Source: a virus (Duplodnaviria; Heunggongvirae; Uroviricota; Caudoviricetes). Taken from it: a stretch of 64,000 nt of DNA. Made by a program: the position numbers and the translations under genes. Of this stretch, positions 37,290 through 47,923 are shown one piece after another. Within the stretch, counting starts at the first letter, position 1. Each line of letters begins with the position of its first letter. Location of the stretch: positions 64,001-128,000 of the IMG/VR virus record IMGVR_UViG_3300012346_000380, one strand, 5' to 3'. Below the pieces are notes generated by a model. It made no database searches and was not told the DNA's origin. It saw only the letters and a list, made by a program, of their open reading frames with translations.

Positions 37290-39419
37290 TTATATTGTAA
37301 ATCCATTGATTGGACATTTAGATCTATTTTGCAATACACCTCCATCGTAACAATATCTGTGAAATAAGCCTGATTCTAGTCCGTAAGCCGCATTATTTTC
37401 AATCAATGTTATAGGTTCATAACCTTCATTACCTGTTAAAGAATATATGTTTCTATAAACTGGACTTATAAACGGTTCAGTACTCATAAACGTAACATCG
37501 TCAGTATAAAGATACATAATATCGTCGTATATTTGATTACAATAGTTAAAGACAGAAGAAGCTCTAGCCATATAATCTCCATCTGCGCTTGGATTACTTG
37601 TAGATCCTAATATATTCATTATATAATCTCCAAAAACATCAGCGCCAATAAAAGAACCTTCTACTTGACTCCAGTATCTTCTATAAAGTCCTACTCTATA
37701 CCAACCATTCGGCGCATAATAAAACGGAGTAGAAGCTGCATTAGTATACATTTTAGTTGCATTGATAAAAGAACTATTGTCAGCATATATTGTTATATCA
37801 GTACCTGAATAAGGTGCTGAAGAACCATTTAAGTTAAACATATTAGGTCCTAAAGTTGCAGTAAAGCTATTTACAGTTTGACAGTTTTCAACATGTACAA
37901 AGGCTTCAGTTACGAATGTTCTAACTACACCCCCATTTGAATAATAACCAGATCCTACGATTGTATTTCCCGCTGCGTTATATATTAATTTACCTGTTAA
38001 ATTAGCTCCTAAATTAGCCCAAAGTGCAGGATCAAAATCAATTTTATACGCAGAAGCTGGATTTTGGCATGCTTCAGCTCTAGACATTGAACTAAAAGAT
38101 AAATTTATATCATATAATGTAGGCGCTGGCGGAATAACTGTAGCATCTTCCCAATACATGTCAATTTCTTTTAAGTAACATATATAAATTAATTTAGAAT
38201 CAGATTGTGATAATGAACCATCTGAATTAAATATTTCAGTTTGATTGGTAGTTTCGTGATTAGTATAAGTTGAACTATATGTACCACCAGATTGCGTGAT
38301 ATTTAATTTTAAATCAGAACCACCTAAAATAGATAATTTACTAGGACTAGAAACTATATTTTCTTGATTAGAATTTCCAGAAGTATCTTCATCTATTTCA
38401 TACGTATATGCATTTAAATTTGGTAAATCATACGTAATAACGCCTTTTTTCCAAGTTTTACCGTTACAGATATACCAACCTTGATACATTGTATTAGTTT
38501 TACCGGCACCATTCGTGTTATGCAAATATTCTGTGGTTACTGTTTTAGTTTCATTAATTAAAAAATTATTACTATTAAATTGTTCAGCATTAATAGCAAT
38601 AATACTACCAACTGGAAAACCAGGTATAACTTTAAGAGGATCTACCCATTTTATTTTACCGTTTGTGTCTATTGATTGTGCAATCCAATTTGTAGTTGGA
38701 GTTTCAGTATTAAATTTAGTAGAACCTTGTATTTCGTTAGTTTCTATTGTATCACCGAATGTTGAATCTGCAGACTTTATTTTAAATAAAGATTCTTTGA
38801 AATTACCAAATGTTGATGTTGTACTAGGATTAATGTTATATGTTAAAACAGCTTCATCACTTATTAATTCAAACTCAGTATTAGTAGTATCGTCAAAACC
38901 ATACTCCAATATCGTATTTTGATTTTCTTTAAATAAATTTAATGAAACTATTTGATCTGATTCTTCATCAGAAAAAACAACGTTCTTTTGATTGTAACCA
39001 TCTTTTGTATGAATTTTACCCAAAATACCTATTTTAGGCACATTGTATTCATTTAAAACATCTGTACTATTAGAAATACCGAATAAAAAATTGGTAGGAT
39101 TATACTTACCAAATTGATTTATTTTTAGCGTGATATTTTCTATAGTTTCGCTTTCATTTTTAAGCCAAACAGTTTCTCCATCTGCACCTTGAGAACCGAT
39201 AGCACCTTGAGAACCGATAGCGCCTTGTGGTCCAATTGGACCTTTTGCTCCATCTAAACCTTGATCTCCTGGAAAACCATGAGGTCCAGCAGGTCCACCG
39301 CCGGATATTAGAATTTGATCAAAATTGAAATTTAACTTTTCAATTTTTTTAGATGACCACCAATCATTGTTGTATTGATCTAAATCACTTTCAAATAATT
39401 CTTTTATTATGATAGACAT
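37290..39419 (-). CDS. Paralogous tail fibre/baseplate protein with collagen-like repeats and tail-collar domain
   Basis: KLNFNFDQI + (G-X-Y)n; FPVGSIIA...GWYICNG...LPNL. Confidence 0.75.
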   Translation of the reverse strand: MSIIIKELFESDLDQYNNDWWSSKKIEKLNFNFDQILISGGGPAGPHGFPGDQGLDGAKGPIGPQGAIGSQGAIGSQGADGETVWLKNESETIENITLKINQFGKYNPTNFLFGISNSTDVLNEYNVPKIGILGKIHTKDGYNQKNVVFSDEESDQIVSLNLFKENQNTILEYGFDDTTNTEFELISDEAVLTYNINPSTTSTFGNFKESLFKIKSADSTFGDTIETNEIQGSTKFNTETPTTNWIAQSIDTNGKIKWVDPLKVIPGFPVGSIIAINAEQFNSNNFLINETKTVTTEYLHNTNGAGKTNTMYQGWYICNGKTWKKGVITYDLPNLNAYTYEIDEDTSGNSNQENIVSSPSKLSILGGSDLKLNITQSGGTYSSTYTNHETTNQTEIFNSDGSLSQSDSKLIYICYLKEIDMYWEDATVIPPAPTLYDINLSFSSMSRAEACQNPASAYKIDFDPALWANLGANLTGKLIYNAAGNTIVGSGYYSNGGVVRTFVTEAFVHVENCQTVNSFTATLGPNMFNLNGSSAPYSGTDITIYADNSSFINATKMYTNAASTPFYYAPNGWYRVGLYRRYWSQVEGSFIGADVFGDYIMNILGSTSNPSADGDYMARASSVFNYCNQIYDDIMYLYTDDVTFMSTEPFISPVYRNIYSLTGNEGYEPITLIENNAAYGLESGLFHRYCYDGGVLQNRSKCPINGFTI
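39184..39219. repeat. 18-bp tandem repeat encoding collagen-like GAIGSQ units
   Basis: GCACCTTGAGAACCGATA x2. Confidence 0.8.
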
Positions 39420-39420
39420 G

Positions 39421-42400
39421 TTACGCTATTATTTTGACAACGACTTTAAACTCATAGTTATAAGACGGTTTTTTATTATATATTAATCTAAAATTAAGAC
39501 GTTCTTGTACAAAGCCTTCAGTAGAATAATTAGTTTGTTTCTTATAAATATCAGTGTCTATTAATAAAGGATCAGCTTGATTTAAAAATGAAGAATTGAT
39601 ATTTTTACCTTCCTTGGCATATATGTTAATGCTTTGTATAATAAATCTTGGCACTATATTTTGTTCTGAATATACTTGTAAATCATCAGACGTTGTAGTT
39701 AAATCACCATACGATTTTGATGGATTTATATAACTATCGAAAGAAGATTTAATGCCTTTTTCTAATAATTCATCTAAAACTGCTTTTTTAACATAAAAAT
39801 CTGCATAGATTTTATCTTCAACTTCTGTCCAAGCCAATGAATATGAACCTTTGTTATTTTCTCTATAAGAATTTAATTCATCTATGTTAGATAATCTAAT
39901 TTCACTAAAAGAAGATATTTCATAAACATTTGAAACTTTCATTATCGTAGAAGCCATAAAAGCTTTTTCTTCAATTGGATTAACAGTACCGTATACAAAT
40001 GAATATTCATTATTTGCACCTGATTTAATATAGTAATTTTCAGCATATTTAGACTGTAAGATATTTAAATCTCTTTTATCAATTGCTATTTCACCAATTT
40101 TAGGATATAGTGGTAATTTATCTGTACCGCTAGATAATTTTAATGTGCTATCTGGTGCTTCAGTGTTTACTTTATGATAAAAATAGTTTTTAATTATTCC
40201 ATAATCATTTAAACCCAATGTATCGAAATAAGAACTAAATGCAATTCCAGTTCTATTGAATTTATTGTAAATCAACAATTCTCTATTTGGAACTGCATTA
40301 TTTTTTAAAGCTTTGTTTTCTGAATATATGTCAGTGAAGTATAAAACATCTTTAGTTAATGGTACATAATAGCCGTTCATTCTTCTCAAGATTGTTCTAT
40401 ATGGAGTCTCTGATTCAACAATTTTCTTACCTACTTCAGCTGAAGATATTTTATAAGATTTTGGTTTATCATCATCTACTGCAGTTTTAATATATGCATT
40501 TTTATAAAACGGTGTTCCATTTTCAATCTCTAAAACGAAAGAATCATTTGCGATAGTTCCAATTTCATTTACGTCGATATAATTTACCTTTTTTGTAAAA
40601 TCATTAAATATCTCTTTAAATGATTTAGCTTTAATATCATCCAGGTTTTGTTTGAATGCGTCCCATCCACCACCGTAATATGTATAAGTTAAATTAGATT
40701 GATCAACTGGTGTGATTTCTATTATAGCTGGCGCGTCAGCACCTACAGTATTAGTTACATTATTCCATACTTTAGGATAACCAATTACGCTAATAGACGT
40801 ATCACTTAATACTTTAGAAATTTGAAAAGCATAAGTGTTACCGTTATAGTCAAATAATAAGTATGAATAAGCTCCTTGTTCTGTAATACTAATTTGTTTT
40901 TCAAATGCTGGAGATTTACCATCGATATCTTCTAAGCCATCTATTACAACTTCAGTAGTAGAAGTTAAATTAGTTATATTGGCATAAGCTTCATATATAT
41001 TTAAAGCACCTTGAATCTTGCTATTTGATAACGTATCTTCAACGTAAGAGTGTCTTAGCTCATATAAAATTTTATGAGATATTTCTTTTACGTTATTTTC
41101 TTGTAAAGAAATATTAATATAAACACAGATAAATTTGAATTTGTCATTTTTAATAACATCAATACTTGTGCTAGTTTCATTTGAATCTTTTTGTAGATTT
41201 ACAATAACAGCAAACTTATAATCATTTGCTAAGTTATCATTCACATACTCAGAAGGAATGATTTTTACATTCTCTTTTCTTGATTTATAAACATATTTTA
41301 AACCTCTAAATATAGTGTCAGAGAAATTGTAAGCATCTCCTTTATTAAATTTAGTATATAATTTCTTAGTTTTATTTTTTATAAATTGTACATCGGCATT
41401 ATTGATTTGAAATAAATCACCAACCACTATACCATTCTGTGCTGGTATAGTACCAAGACAAGTTAATATCGTTTTATCAACGTTTAAAAATGGTAAAGTA
41501 AGAGGTACAAATACTCCGTTCTTCTTAGTAACACCAGTGTTGGTTACAGCATTTTCATCTATTGGTTTGTCAAATGTAATATATGTTGCACCATTCGCAG
41601 AAGAAATGCTAATAACTTTAGAAAAATCTAGATACGCACCTTCCCATACAAAATACTTGCTAAAATAATCTCTATCAATGCTTTTAAGATTGTCTATTGT
41701 TAATTCTCCATCATTTAAAAAGTTAACATAACTCTTAAGCTTGCTAAAATTATCAGAATCATATTTAAATAATGTTGGAATTTGATTGATATGAAAATAT
41801 TCCATATTATAATCCAATGGATTTCTTTCTAAACCAGATTCTACATTAGGTGACATGTTGTCAGATCCAAATGCTTCGCTCACTGTAAATAAATACGGAT
41901 TCATTCTTGCATTAAAAGAATCCTTTAGTGCAAATTTATTAATATAAGGTACAACTCTGCTTAAAAGTGAAGTTTCTTTTAATTCATTTTCATGCAATCT
42001 ATCGTATTCTGAATATATTTTTAAATCTTTAATAATAATTTTAGAATCAACATTAAATCCATTACCAACATCTTCTAATCTATTTACAATATCTGATTCG
42101 TTTAAAGAAACTAAACTTGGGTAATATTCTTCATGACCAATTAAAAAAGAAGAAGAACATGCTAAATCATAATATTTGTAATATGTACCTTCAACGCTAG
42201 ATGCTACTATTAAATCATCTAAAGCCAATTCAGCATAATTTGAATTAGAAGTATCATAAAAATCAAAATCAAAGTCCTTTAAATTATATGCGCTAAATTT
42301 ACCGAAATATGTAACCGGAGATTGATAATAATTTAAATTAGTGTACGTATTTAATTTATTAATCTTCTTAGATAAACACACTCTGTAAAAATTAGAATCA

Positions 42401-44172
42401 AAGGCATCTTCTAAGATTTCTAAAACTTCTGATTTTGTATTGAATACAGGATCTTTAATTATGTGACCTTTTCTAAGGTTACCTAATTGTTGTTTTTCTA
42501 AGTATATAAATCTATTTTCATCTTTACCACCTGTCATTGCATAGTTAGTCCAATCGTTAAAATCAACTAAGCTACCAACAGGTAAAATAGAATTATTGAT
42601 ATTAGATATTTTGCCAGATATGACATTAATGAAATCTGAAATATTACCAGTTCTAACTCCAAATGCAACTGAATTTCTATCATATCCTTGTGCGTAATCT
42701 TCTATCACGATAGTATCATCAACGATAGTAGCTACGAATGGATTATCTGAATGTGTTATACAAGAAGCTAATGCGTGTAAAATATGCTTTAAATCTCCTT
42801 GTGTTGAATATCTTTGTTGTTCAAACTTACCAGCTTGTAAATAATTATCAGCCATATAAGTAAATGGCGTTAGATTGAAATTATCGGCCTTGAATTCAGA
42901 AATAGCAGTTAAGTATAATTTATCACCATGATGTGGCGCTTCAGTAATTTTAAATTTAATAAAGTCTTTTGCATCTTTAGTTAAAACACTAATCTTAAGA
43001 GTTCCAGCTAAAACATCATCAGTAAATTCAGTTATTGTTTTATTATCTAAACTAACTGGTAATTTTTTAGTGTTATCAAAGTTAACTCCATTTTTTACGT
43101 GAAAGAAATTATTGTATGGAGATTTGATCCAGTTTAATGTTGGATAACTTAAATCTTTTGTATTTAAAAACATATCTTGGTGTGATATACCATTTGGCAA
43201 ATCATAATAAGATAAAACACCATCATTTTCTATAATAATGCTTTGTTCAGCATCATTATTTATAATATCGTTTACTTTAAATTCACCTTCATATAAAGAA
43301 TCAACATATAGTCCAAAATATCTGTAAATTTTATAATCGGTTGCTAATTCATCATCAAATAAAAATTCAATGTTTAATAAATTAGCTACAGCTAATTGAT
43401 TTCTTTCGAAACCTTCTGTGATGATTTGATTATTAAGAATTTCTATTTTATCTATTAATAGATCTTTATTTGTATATTCTCTTTTTTCAACAAAACCACC
43501 TTTAACAACATCAATACCGCAATACGTAGTATGACTGTTTGCATCAAAATTTTGAATAATAGGTGCTACTGGAAAAGAAGGACTATTAACGTGATTAGCG
43601 ATGTATTTTCCTAAATTAGAATTATTAGTTATGTCAAATGTTTTAACAATAGTAGCTTTATTTAAAAGCTGCATTATTCTATTATTTTGAGAAGCTAAAC
43701 TATCATCCAATAAAGTGTCATAATCTGTATCTTCTACTCGATATATTACAAAATGATTTGGCGTCTTTTTATCTAACCAAATAGGAGCTAAGAATTTGTA
43801 TTGCTCATCATATAACTTAGTTGAATTAAAAGAAGCACCATATTGATACTGATCTTCAAATTGTTTTGAATAATCACCAAATACAGAAAGATCTGAATTT
43901 TGTTTAAAAATATCATATCTTAAATTTAATGGCAAATCTCTATAAAATCTAGAAACGTCAGTTGAATAAAAGCCAGATGGATTGATTGGAAACTTTTTAA
44001 AAGATGCACTGGCTAGTGTAGCATTGGCATCAATTGAATCCATGTATAAAGAACCCGATGAGTTAACTACCAATTTTATATTAGTACTTAGCTTTGGATT
44101 AGTTCTTAAAATACCAAATGACAGATCGTCAATTTGATTATTTGCAGTGTTAAAATTTGTTGATAAACTCAT
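39421..44172 (-). CDS. Very large putative structural protein (1583 aa)
   Basis: Uninterrupted ORF in the tail/baseplate module; no recognised motif. Confidence 0.6.
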   Translation of the reverse strand: MSLSTNFNTANNQIDDLSFGILRTNPKLSTNIKLVVNSSGSLYMDSIDANATLASASFKKFPINPSGFYSTDVSRFYRDLPLNLRYDIFKQNSDLSVFGDYSKQFEDQYQYGASFNSTKLYDEQYKFLAPIWLDKKTPNHFVIYRVEDTDYDTLLDDSLASQNNRIMQLLNKATIVKTFDITNNSNLGKYIANHVNSPSFPVAPIIQNFDANSHTTYCGIDVVKGGFVEKREYTNKDLLIDKIEILNNQIITEGFERNQLAVANLLNIEFLFDDELATDYKIYRYFGLYVDSLYEGEFKVNDIINNDAEQSIIIENDGVLSYYDLPNGISHQDMFLNTKDLSYPTLNWIKSPYNNFFHVKNGVNFDNTKKLPVSLDNKTITEFTDDVLAGTLKISVLTKDAKDFIKFKITEAPHHGDKLYLTAISEFKADNFNLTPFTYMADNYLQAGKFEQQRYSTQGDLKHILHALASCITHSDNPFVATIVDDTIVIEDYAQGYDRNSVAFGVRTGNISDFINVISGKISNINNSILPVGSLVDFNDWTNYAMTGGKDENRFIYLEKQQLGNLRKGHIIKDPVFNTKSEVLEILEDAFDSNFYRVCLSKKINKLNTYTNLNYYQSPVTYFGKFSAYNLKDFDFDFYDTSNSNYAELALDDLIVASSVEGTYYKYYDLACSSSFLIGHEEYYPSLVSLNESDIVNRLEDVGNGFNVDSKIIIKDLKIYSEYDRLHENELKETSLLSRVVPYINKFALKDSFNARMNPYLFTVSEAFGSDNMSPNVESGLERNPLDYNMEYFHINQIPTLFKYDSDNFSKLKSYVNFLNDGELTIDNLKSIDRDYFSKYFVWEGAYLDFSKVISISSANGATYITFDKPIDENAVTNTGVTKKNGVFVPLTLPFLNVDKTILTCLGTIPAQNGIVVGDLFQINNADVQFIKNKTKKLYTKFNKGDAYNFSDTIFRGLKYVYKSRKENVKIIPSEYVNDNLANDYKFAVIVNLQKDSNETSTSIDVIKNDKFKFICVYINISLQENNVKEISHKILYELRHSYVEDTLSNSKIQGALNIYEAYANITNLTSTTEVVIDGLEDIDGKSPAFEKQISITEQGAYSYLLFDYNGNTYAFQISKVLSDTSISVIGYPKVWNNVTNTVGADAPAIIEITPVDQSNLTYTYYGGGWDAFKQNLDDIKAKSFKEIFNDFTKKVNYIDVNEIGTIANDSFVLEIENGTPFYKNAYIKTAVDDDKPKSYKISSAEVGKKIVESETPYRTILRRMNGYYVPLTKDVLYFTDIYSENKALKNNAVPNRELLIYNKFNRTGIAFSSYFDTLGLNDYGIIKNYFYHKVNTEAPDSTLKLSSGTDKLPLYPKIGEIAIDKRDLNILQSKYAENYYIKSGANNEYSFVYGTVNPIEEKAFMASTIMKVSNVYEISSFSEIRLSNIDELNSYRENNKGSYSLAWTEVEDKIYADFYVKKAVLDELLEKGIKSSFDSYINPSKSYGDLTTTSDDLQVYSEQNIVPRFIIQSINIYAKEGKNINSSFLNQADPLLIDTDIYKKQTNYSTEGFVQERLNFRLIYNKKPSYNYEFKVVVKIIA

Positions 44173-44174
44173 GT

Positions 44175-44223
44175 ATTAGTCCTTCTATTTATTACTTTAT
44201 ATATCTTAAATAGAAGGACTAAT
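44175..44223 (-). promoter_or_regulatory. 17-bp perfect hairpin with a promoter-like box in its loop, covering the translation-start region of the 1583-aa gene
   Basis: Arms 44175-44191 and 44207-44223; loop holds GATATATA (44198-44205); the 3' arm ends 2 nt before the ATG. Confidence 0.7.
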
Positions 44224-44226
44224 GAT

Positions 44227-47200
44227 TTACATATATCTTAGTGAAGTTATAGAACCTGGTGTTGAGAAATCATTTTCAGAATCTACAAATTCTCTACGAC
44301 CATGATAATTAGGTACTCTAAAAGTATCTATCATTTCTTTAGTTACGTTAGCTACTGATGAACCTTCTGGTTTGTATTTAGCATAAACTTCAATATCAAA
44401 GGAGAATACGTCGTTTTCTCCTTTTAAAATATCTAATCCTATCTTTTTAGAATATGTTAGGTTTGTTAAACTTGTAGAAGCAATTCCACCGACTCTTCCT
44501 GCGTTATTAGCAGACGTTGTACTAGATGTAACTCCAAAATAATCAGTCATTCTATATTGGAATATTAAATCAACTGAAATTGCATTAGTAGCTCCTTGTG
44601 AGATTGACTTTTTACCAAATTTATTATCAGCATCTACCGTTAAACTTGTAGTTTCAATAGGGCTTAAAAATAAATAAGCTCCACATGAATGTCCACCTAA
44701 TAAGAATTGATCTTCTGCATTAAATGACATTTTTAAACTTCTATATACATCAATCGGTGTTGAAGTATTAGATTTCATTTTCCAATGAGCTCTTTTATAT
44801 GGATTTTGGAATAATCCGTCTGTCATATTAGCTCTTCTTGGTGCATTTTTTGACATAGAAACCAATCCAGTTTCTGCAATATTTAAAGGTGTCAATGCAC
44901 TACCAGCATTTAATAAAGGGTGATCTTTGTGTAAGAATAAACCATTATCATAGTCAGTTTTACTAACAGTATTAGTTGCAGTACTTAATGAAGTTCTATT
45001 AGGTAATCCATTGCTATCATAATCGCCTGACCAAATAAAATCGTCAGTTCCATTGTTAGCAGCGTATGCTGCTGATGTTGCATTAGCAAAATTAAAATAT
45101 CTAGATTCGCCTGATCCTACAATTACTGGATTAGTACCGAATTTATAATTAATACCGTATTCAAAATCATCTACACCATTTCCAACAGTCCAGCTTGTAA
45201 CGCCATAATCTGTGTCTGGCGGTGTCATTGAATAAAGTTCAGCGTCATTGGCTAGATTTTTATATCTTGAATAAAGAAATTGACCTCTTAATTGACCAGA
45301 CTGGTATGGAGTACTGTTCATGTAATCTACGCCTGTCATATTAGAATTTATGTTTTGGTATTGTAATGGAACCAAATCATATCTACCTTCATTTGCATAA
45401 TAAGTATCACTAGAAACAACTGGATCAATTACACCAGGTGCAACACCTAATACAGTAGATGCACCAGATCCATAAGCAGCTTTAGTTCTATCTCCTACCA
45501 ATCTAGCTATTAATTCTAAATCAGTTGCTTTTGAATTACTTAATTTTAATTTAAAGTTTTTAGTAACAATAGCTCCTTTTCTGTCAATTTGATTTGTAAT
45601 TTCATCAACATAATAACCAGCAAATAATTTAACAGTCGTGTGATTAGAAACTGAAGTTTGCGCTCCAGATTCATCTTCAATATAAACTACTAATTCTCCA
45701 AGAGTTCCAGCTATTTGAGCTTTTAATTTCTCAATTTGAGTTTGCATTTCAACTAACTTGTCAAATAAACTAACTGGATTTTGTTCAGTTGTTAAGAAAC
45801 CAGATGCAATTGAAGTTGCGTTATGTGAAAAATATTTAGAGTTAGCTGTGAATGAATCATCTAAGTGTGTGTATAAACCAGCTGTTGTTAAATCTTGTGT
45901 AATTTGAATTCTTACAGTTTCTAATGAATTTTCATTGATAGCTTCTAATAAAGTATCTCCTGTAAATTCACCTTCTGGAAATTCATAAGTCATTATGTCA
46001 GACCAATCTGATTCTATTGAATTTGCTGGAAAACCAGCTTCTGATAAAGATTTAACTGAAATCTCTACCTTTTCTCCAGGTTGAATGGCAATATCTAATG
46101 AATTAAAATTAATAGCATTTGCATCTTCTTCGCTATCAGTTCCCCAATAAAATTTACCAGAAGCATCTTTAATTCTTTTTCTCACAGGACCATCTACTTC
46201 AATCCAATTTGAAAAAGCAGCCGTTTTTGTAGTGCTTCCGTCTTGGAATGGTATTTGATCAATTTGTGAAGTTTTACCATTAGATGAAACGTAACGGTAT
46301 CTTATTTTAAATTGAACTACTGATTGTTCTACAACACCTTGTGAACTCTTAGGTTCTGGAATAGACCAAAAACCTCTAAGTTTATATTTAGGGGCAACGT
46401 TTGATAAATTATTAGAATTAGCAATAGATTTAATTTCGCTAACAACAGAAGAATACAGAGCAGACTCTGAAGTTCTCTTTTGTGCTAGCGTACTTAATTC
46501 GTTAGTATCTCTGTCTCTTTCTACTGTAGATTTATATTTTACAGTATTGATCGATGATTTCTTTTTGGCAATCGCGTCATCTAATTTTTTTAGATTTTGT
46601 TCAGAAGCAATCTTATCGTTCTTAAGTTGTTTTATTTTATTAGTCGAATCATTATCAGTTAAATGCTTATTTACTTGAACTACTTTAAAATTAGCAGTGT
46701 CTAATACTGGTGCATTAGGAACTAAACCAACAGATGCTGGTGGAATAGAATCGATTTTAAAACTTTTAATAAATTGACCAAAGTCTGCAACTTCTAATCT
46801 GTAATAGTCAGCTAAATTCATAACTGTACCATTTTCGGTTGCTATTTGTAATTCATTAGAATAAAATGCAACACCCGGTGAAAAGCTTTCAGATAATATC
46901 TTAGATACTGAATCAATTGCTTTAACAAACACAACTTGATATTCGTTAAATGCTACGTTAACATCAATATTAACTGCAACATCTACATCTTTATAGATCT
47001 TTAATTCTCCAGCACCAATTCTAATAGGTTCTGAACCTTCAATTAAATCTAATTCAGCTTGTAAAGTATCAGTATTTAATGCTGTGATTTTATATCTAGT
47101 TGAATATTGGTTTGAATTAACAACCAAGAAATCTCCAACTTTAAGTGTCTCTGTGTTCTTTAGCGTTTTAGATGAATCTGAGTACGTCAATTGATTTAAC

Positions 47201-47922
47201 GTAAATAATCTAACGTTTACAGTTTGAGTAGTCCCATCGACAACCAGTGTCTTCTCAGCAGTATCTATACCTAAAACATCAAAGTTACCGTAATATGACA
47301 TAGATCTAGATGGCATATCAATATCTGATGCATCTTTTCTATAAACATATTTATTTTGTGCAATATCATTTATGAAAGTATCGTAGTCGATGTTGTTAGA
47401 TCCTTTATATAAAGAATTAAAAGCTTGAATACTATTCACATCATTACTATCAAAAACATATCTTTCAATATAAGCTTTTTCTGTAGTTGTTGGAATTTGA
47501 CCACTTACATTTAAACTAACTGTTAATAGAGGATTTAAAAAATCTTCAAAGAATTCATTAGCTTTAGTTTTGAATGCAGTAGGTGCAGCTAGATTAGTAA
47601 TGCTAGGGGCTGGTCCTTGTAATTTAGAAGTAATAATTCTTCTAAAAGAACCATCCTTTAATTTAACATTAGACGTTGTACTTGTAGTTCCAGCTAATGC
47701 ATCTAAATTACCATTTAATCTTTCAATTTCTCTTTTCAAAAAACCAAATGATGGAATCTGAACCGTTTTAACTGAACCTTTTTTAGGATCATAAAGATCT
47801 ATAGCAACAGTTTCTTTGTCTGTTGTTATAGCTTCGTTAGTTTTTTCAAACGTACTTAAAGAATTATTGTAAAGTTCAATAAATTGTTCAAGTAGTTGAG
47901 AGATTGAATTATTAGCGCTCAT
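44227..47922 (-). CDS. Large putative structural protein (1231 aa)
   Basis: Coiled-coil and beta-sandwich-like segments; tail module context. Confidence 0.6.
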   Translation of the reverse strand: MSANNSISQLLEQFIELYNNSLSTFEKTNEAITTDKETVAIDLYDPKKGSVKTVQIPSFGFLKREIERLNGNLDALAGTTSTTSNVKLKDGSFRRIITSKLQGPAPSITNLAAPTAFKTKANEFFEDFLNPLLTVSLNVSGQIPTTTEKAYIERYVFDSNDVNSIQAFNSLYKGSNNIDYDTFINDIAQNKYVYRKDASDIDMPSRSMSYYGNFDVLGIDTAEKTLVVDGTTQTVNVRLFTLNQLTYSDSSKTLKNTETLKVGDFLVVNSNQYSTRYKITALNTDTLQAELDLIEGSEPIRIGAGELKIYKDVDVAVNIDVNVAFNEYQVVFVKAIDSVSKILSESFSPGVAFYSNELQIATENGTVMNLADYYRLEVADFGQFIKSFKIDSIPPASVGLVPNAPVLDTANFKVVQVNKHLTDNDSTNKIKQLKNDKIASEQNLKKLDDAIAKKKSSINTVKYKSTVERDRDTNELSTLAQKRTSESALYSSVVSEIKSIANSNNLSNVAPKYKLRGFWSIPEPKSSQGVVEQSVVQFKIRYRYVSSNGKTSQIDQIPFQDGSTTKTAAFSNWIEVDGPVRKRIKDASGKFYWGTDSEEDANAINFNSLDIAIQPGEKVEISVKSLSEAGFPANSIESDWSDIMTYEFPEGEFTGDTLLEAINENSLETVRIQITQDLTTAGLYTHLDDSFTANSKYFSHNATSIASGFLTTEQNPVSLFDKLVEMQTQIEKLKAQIAGTLGELVVYIEDESGAQTSVSNHTTVKLFAGYYVDEITNQIDRKGAIVTKNFKLKLSNSKATDLELIARLVGDRTKAAYGSGASTVLGVAPGVIDPVVSSDTYYANEGRYDLVPLQYQNINSNMTGVDYMNSTPYQSGQLRGQFLYSRYKNLANDAELYSMTPPDTDYGVTSWTVGNGVDDFEYGINYKFGTNPVIVGSGESRYFNFANATSAAYAANNGTDDFIWSGDYDSNGLPNRTSLSTATNTVSKTDYDNGLFLHKDHPLLNAGSALTPLNIAETGLVSMSKNAPRRANMTDGLFQNPYKRAHWKMKSNTSTPIDVYRSLKMSFNAEDQFLLGGHSCGAYLFLSPIETTSLTVDADNKFGKKSISQGATNAISVDLIFQYRMTDYFGVTSSTTSANNAGRVGGIASTSLTNLTYSKKIGLDILKGENDVFSFDIEVYAKYKPEGSSVANVTKEMIDTFRVPNYHGRREFVDSENDFSTPGSITSLRYM

Positions 47923-47923
47923 A

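Noticed and set aside
37057-39219. 18-bp direct repeats as a CRISPR array or diversity-generating element
   Set aside because: In-frame, spacerless and explained by collagen G-X-Y coding.
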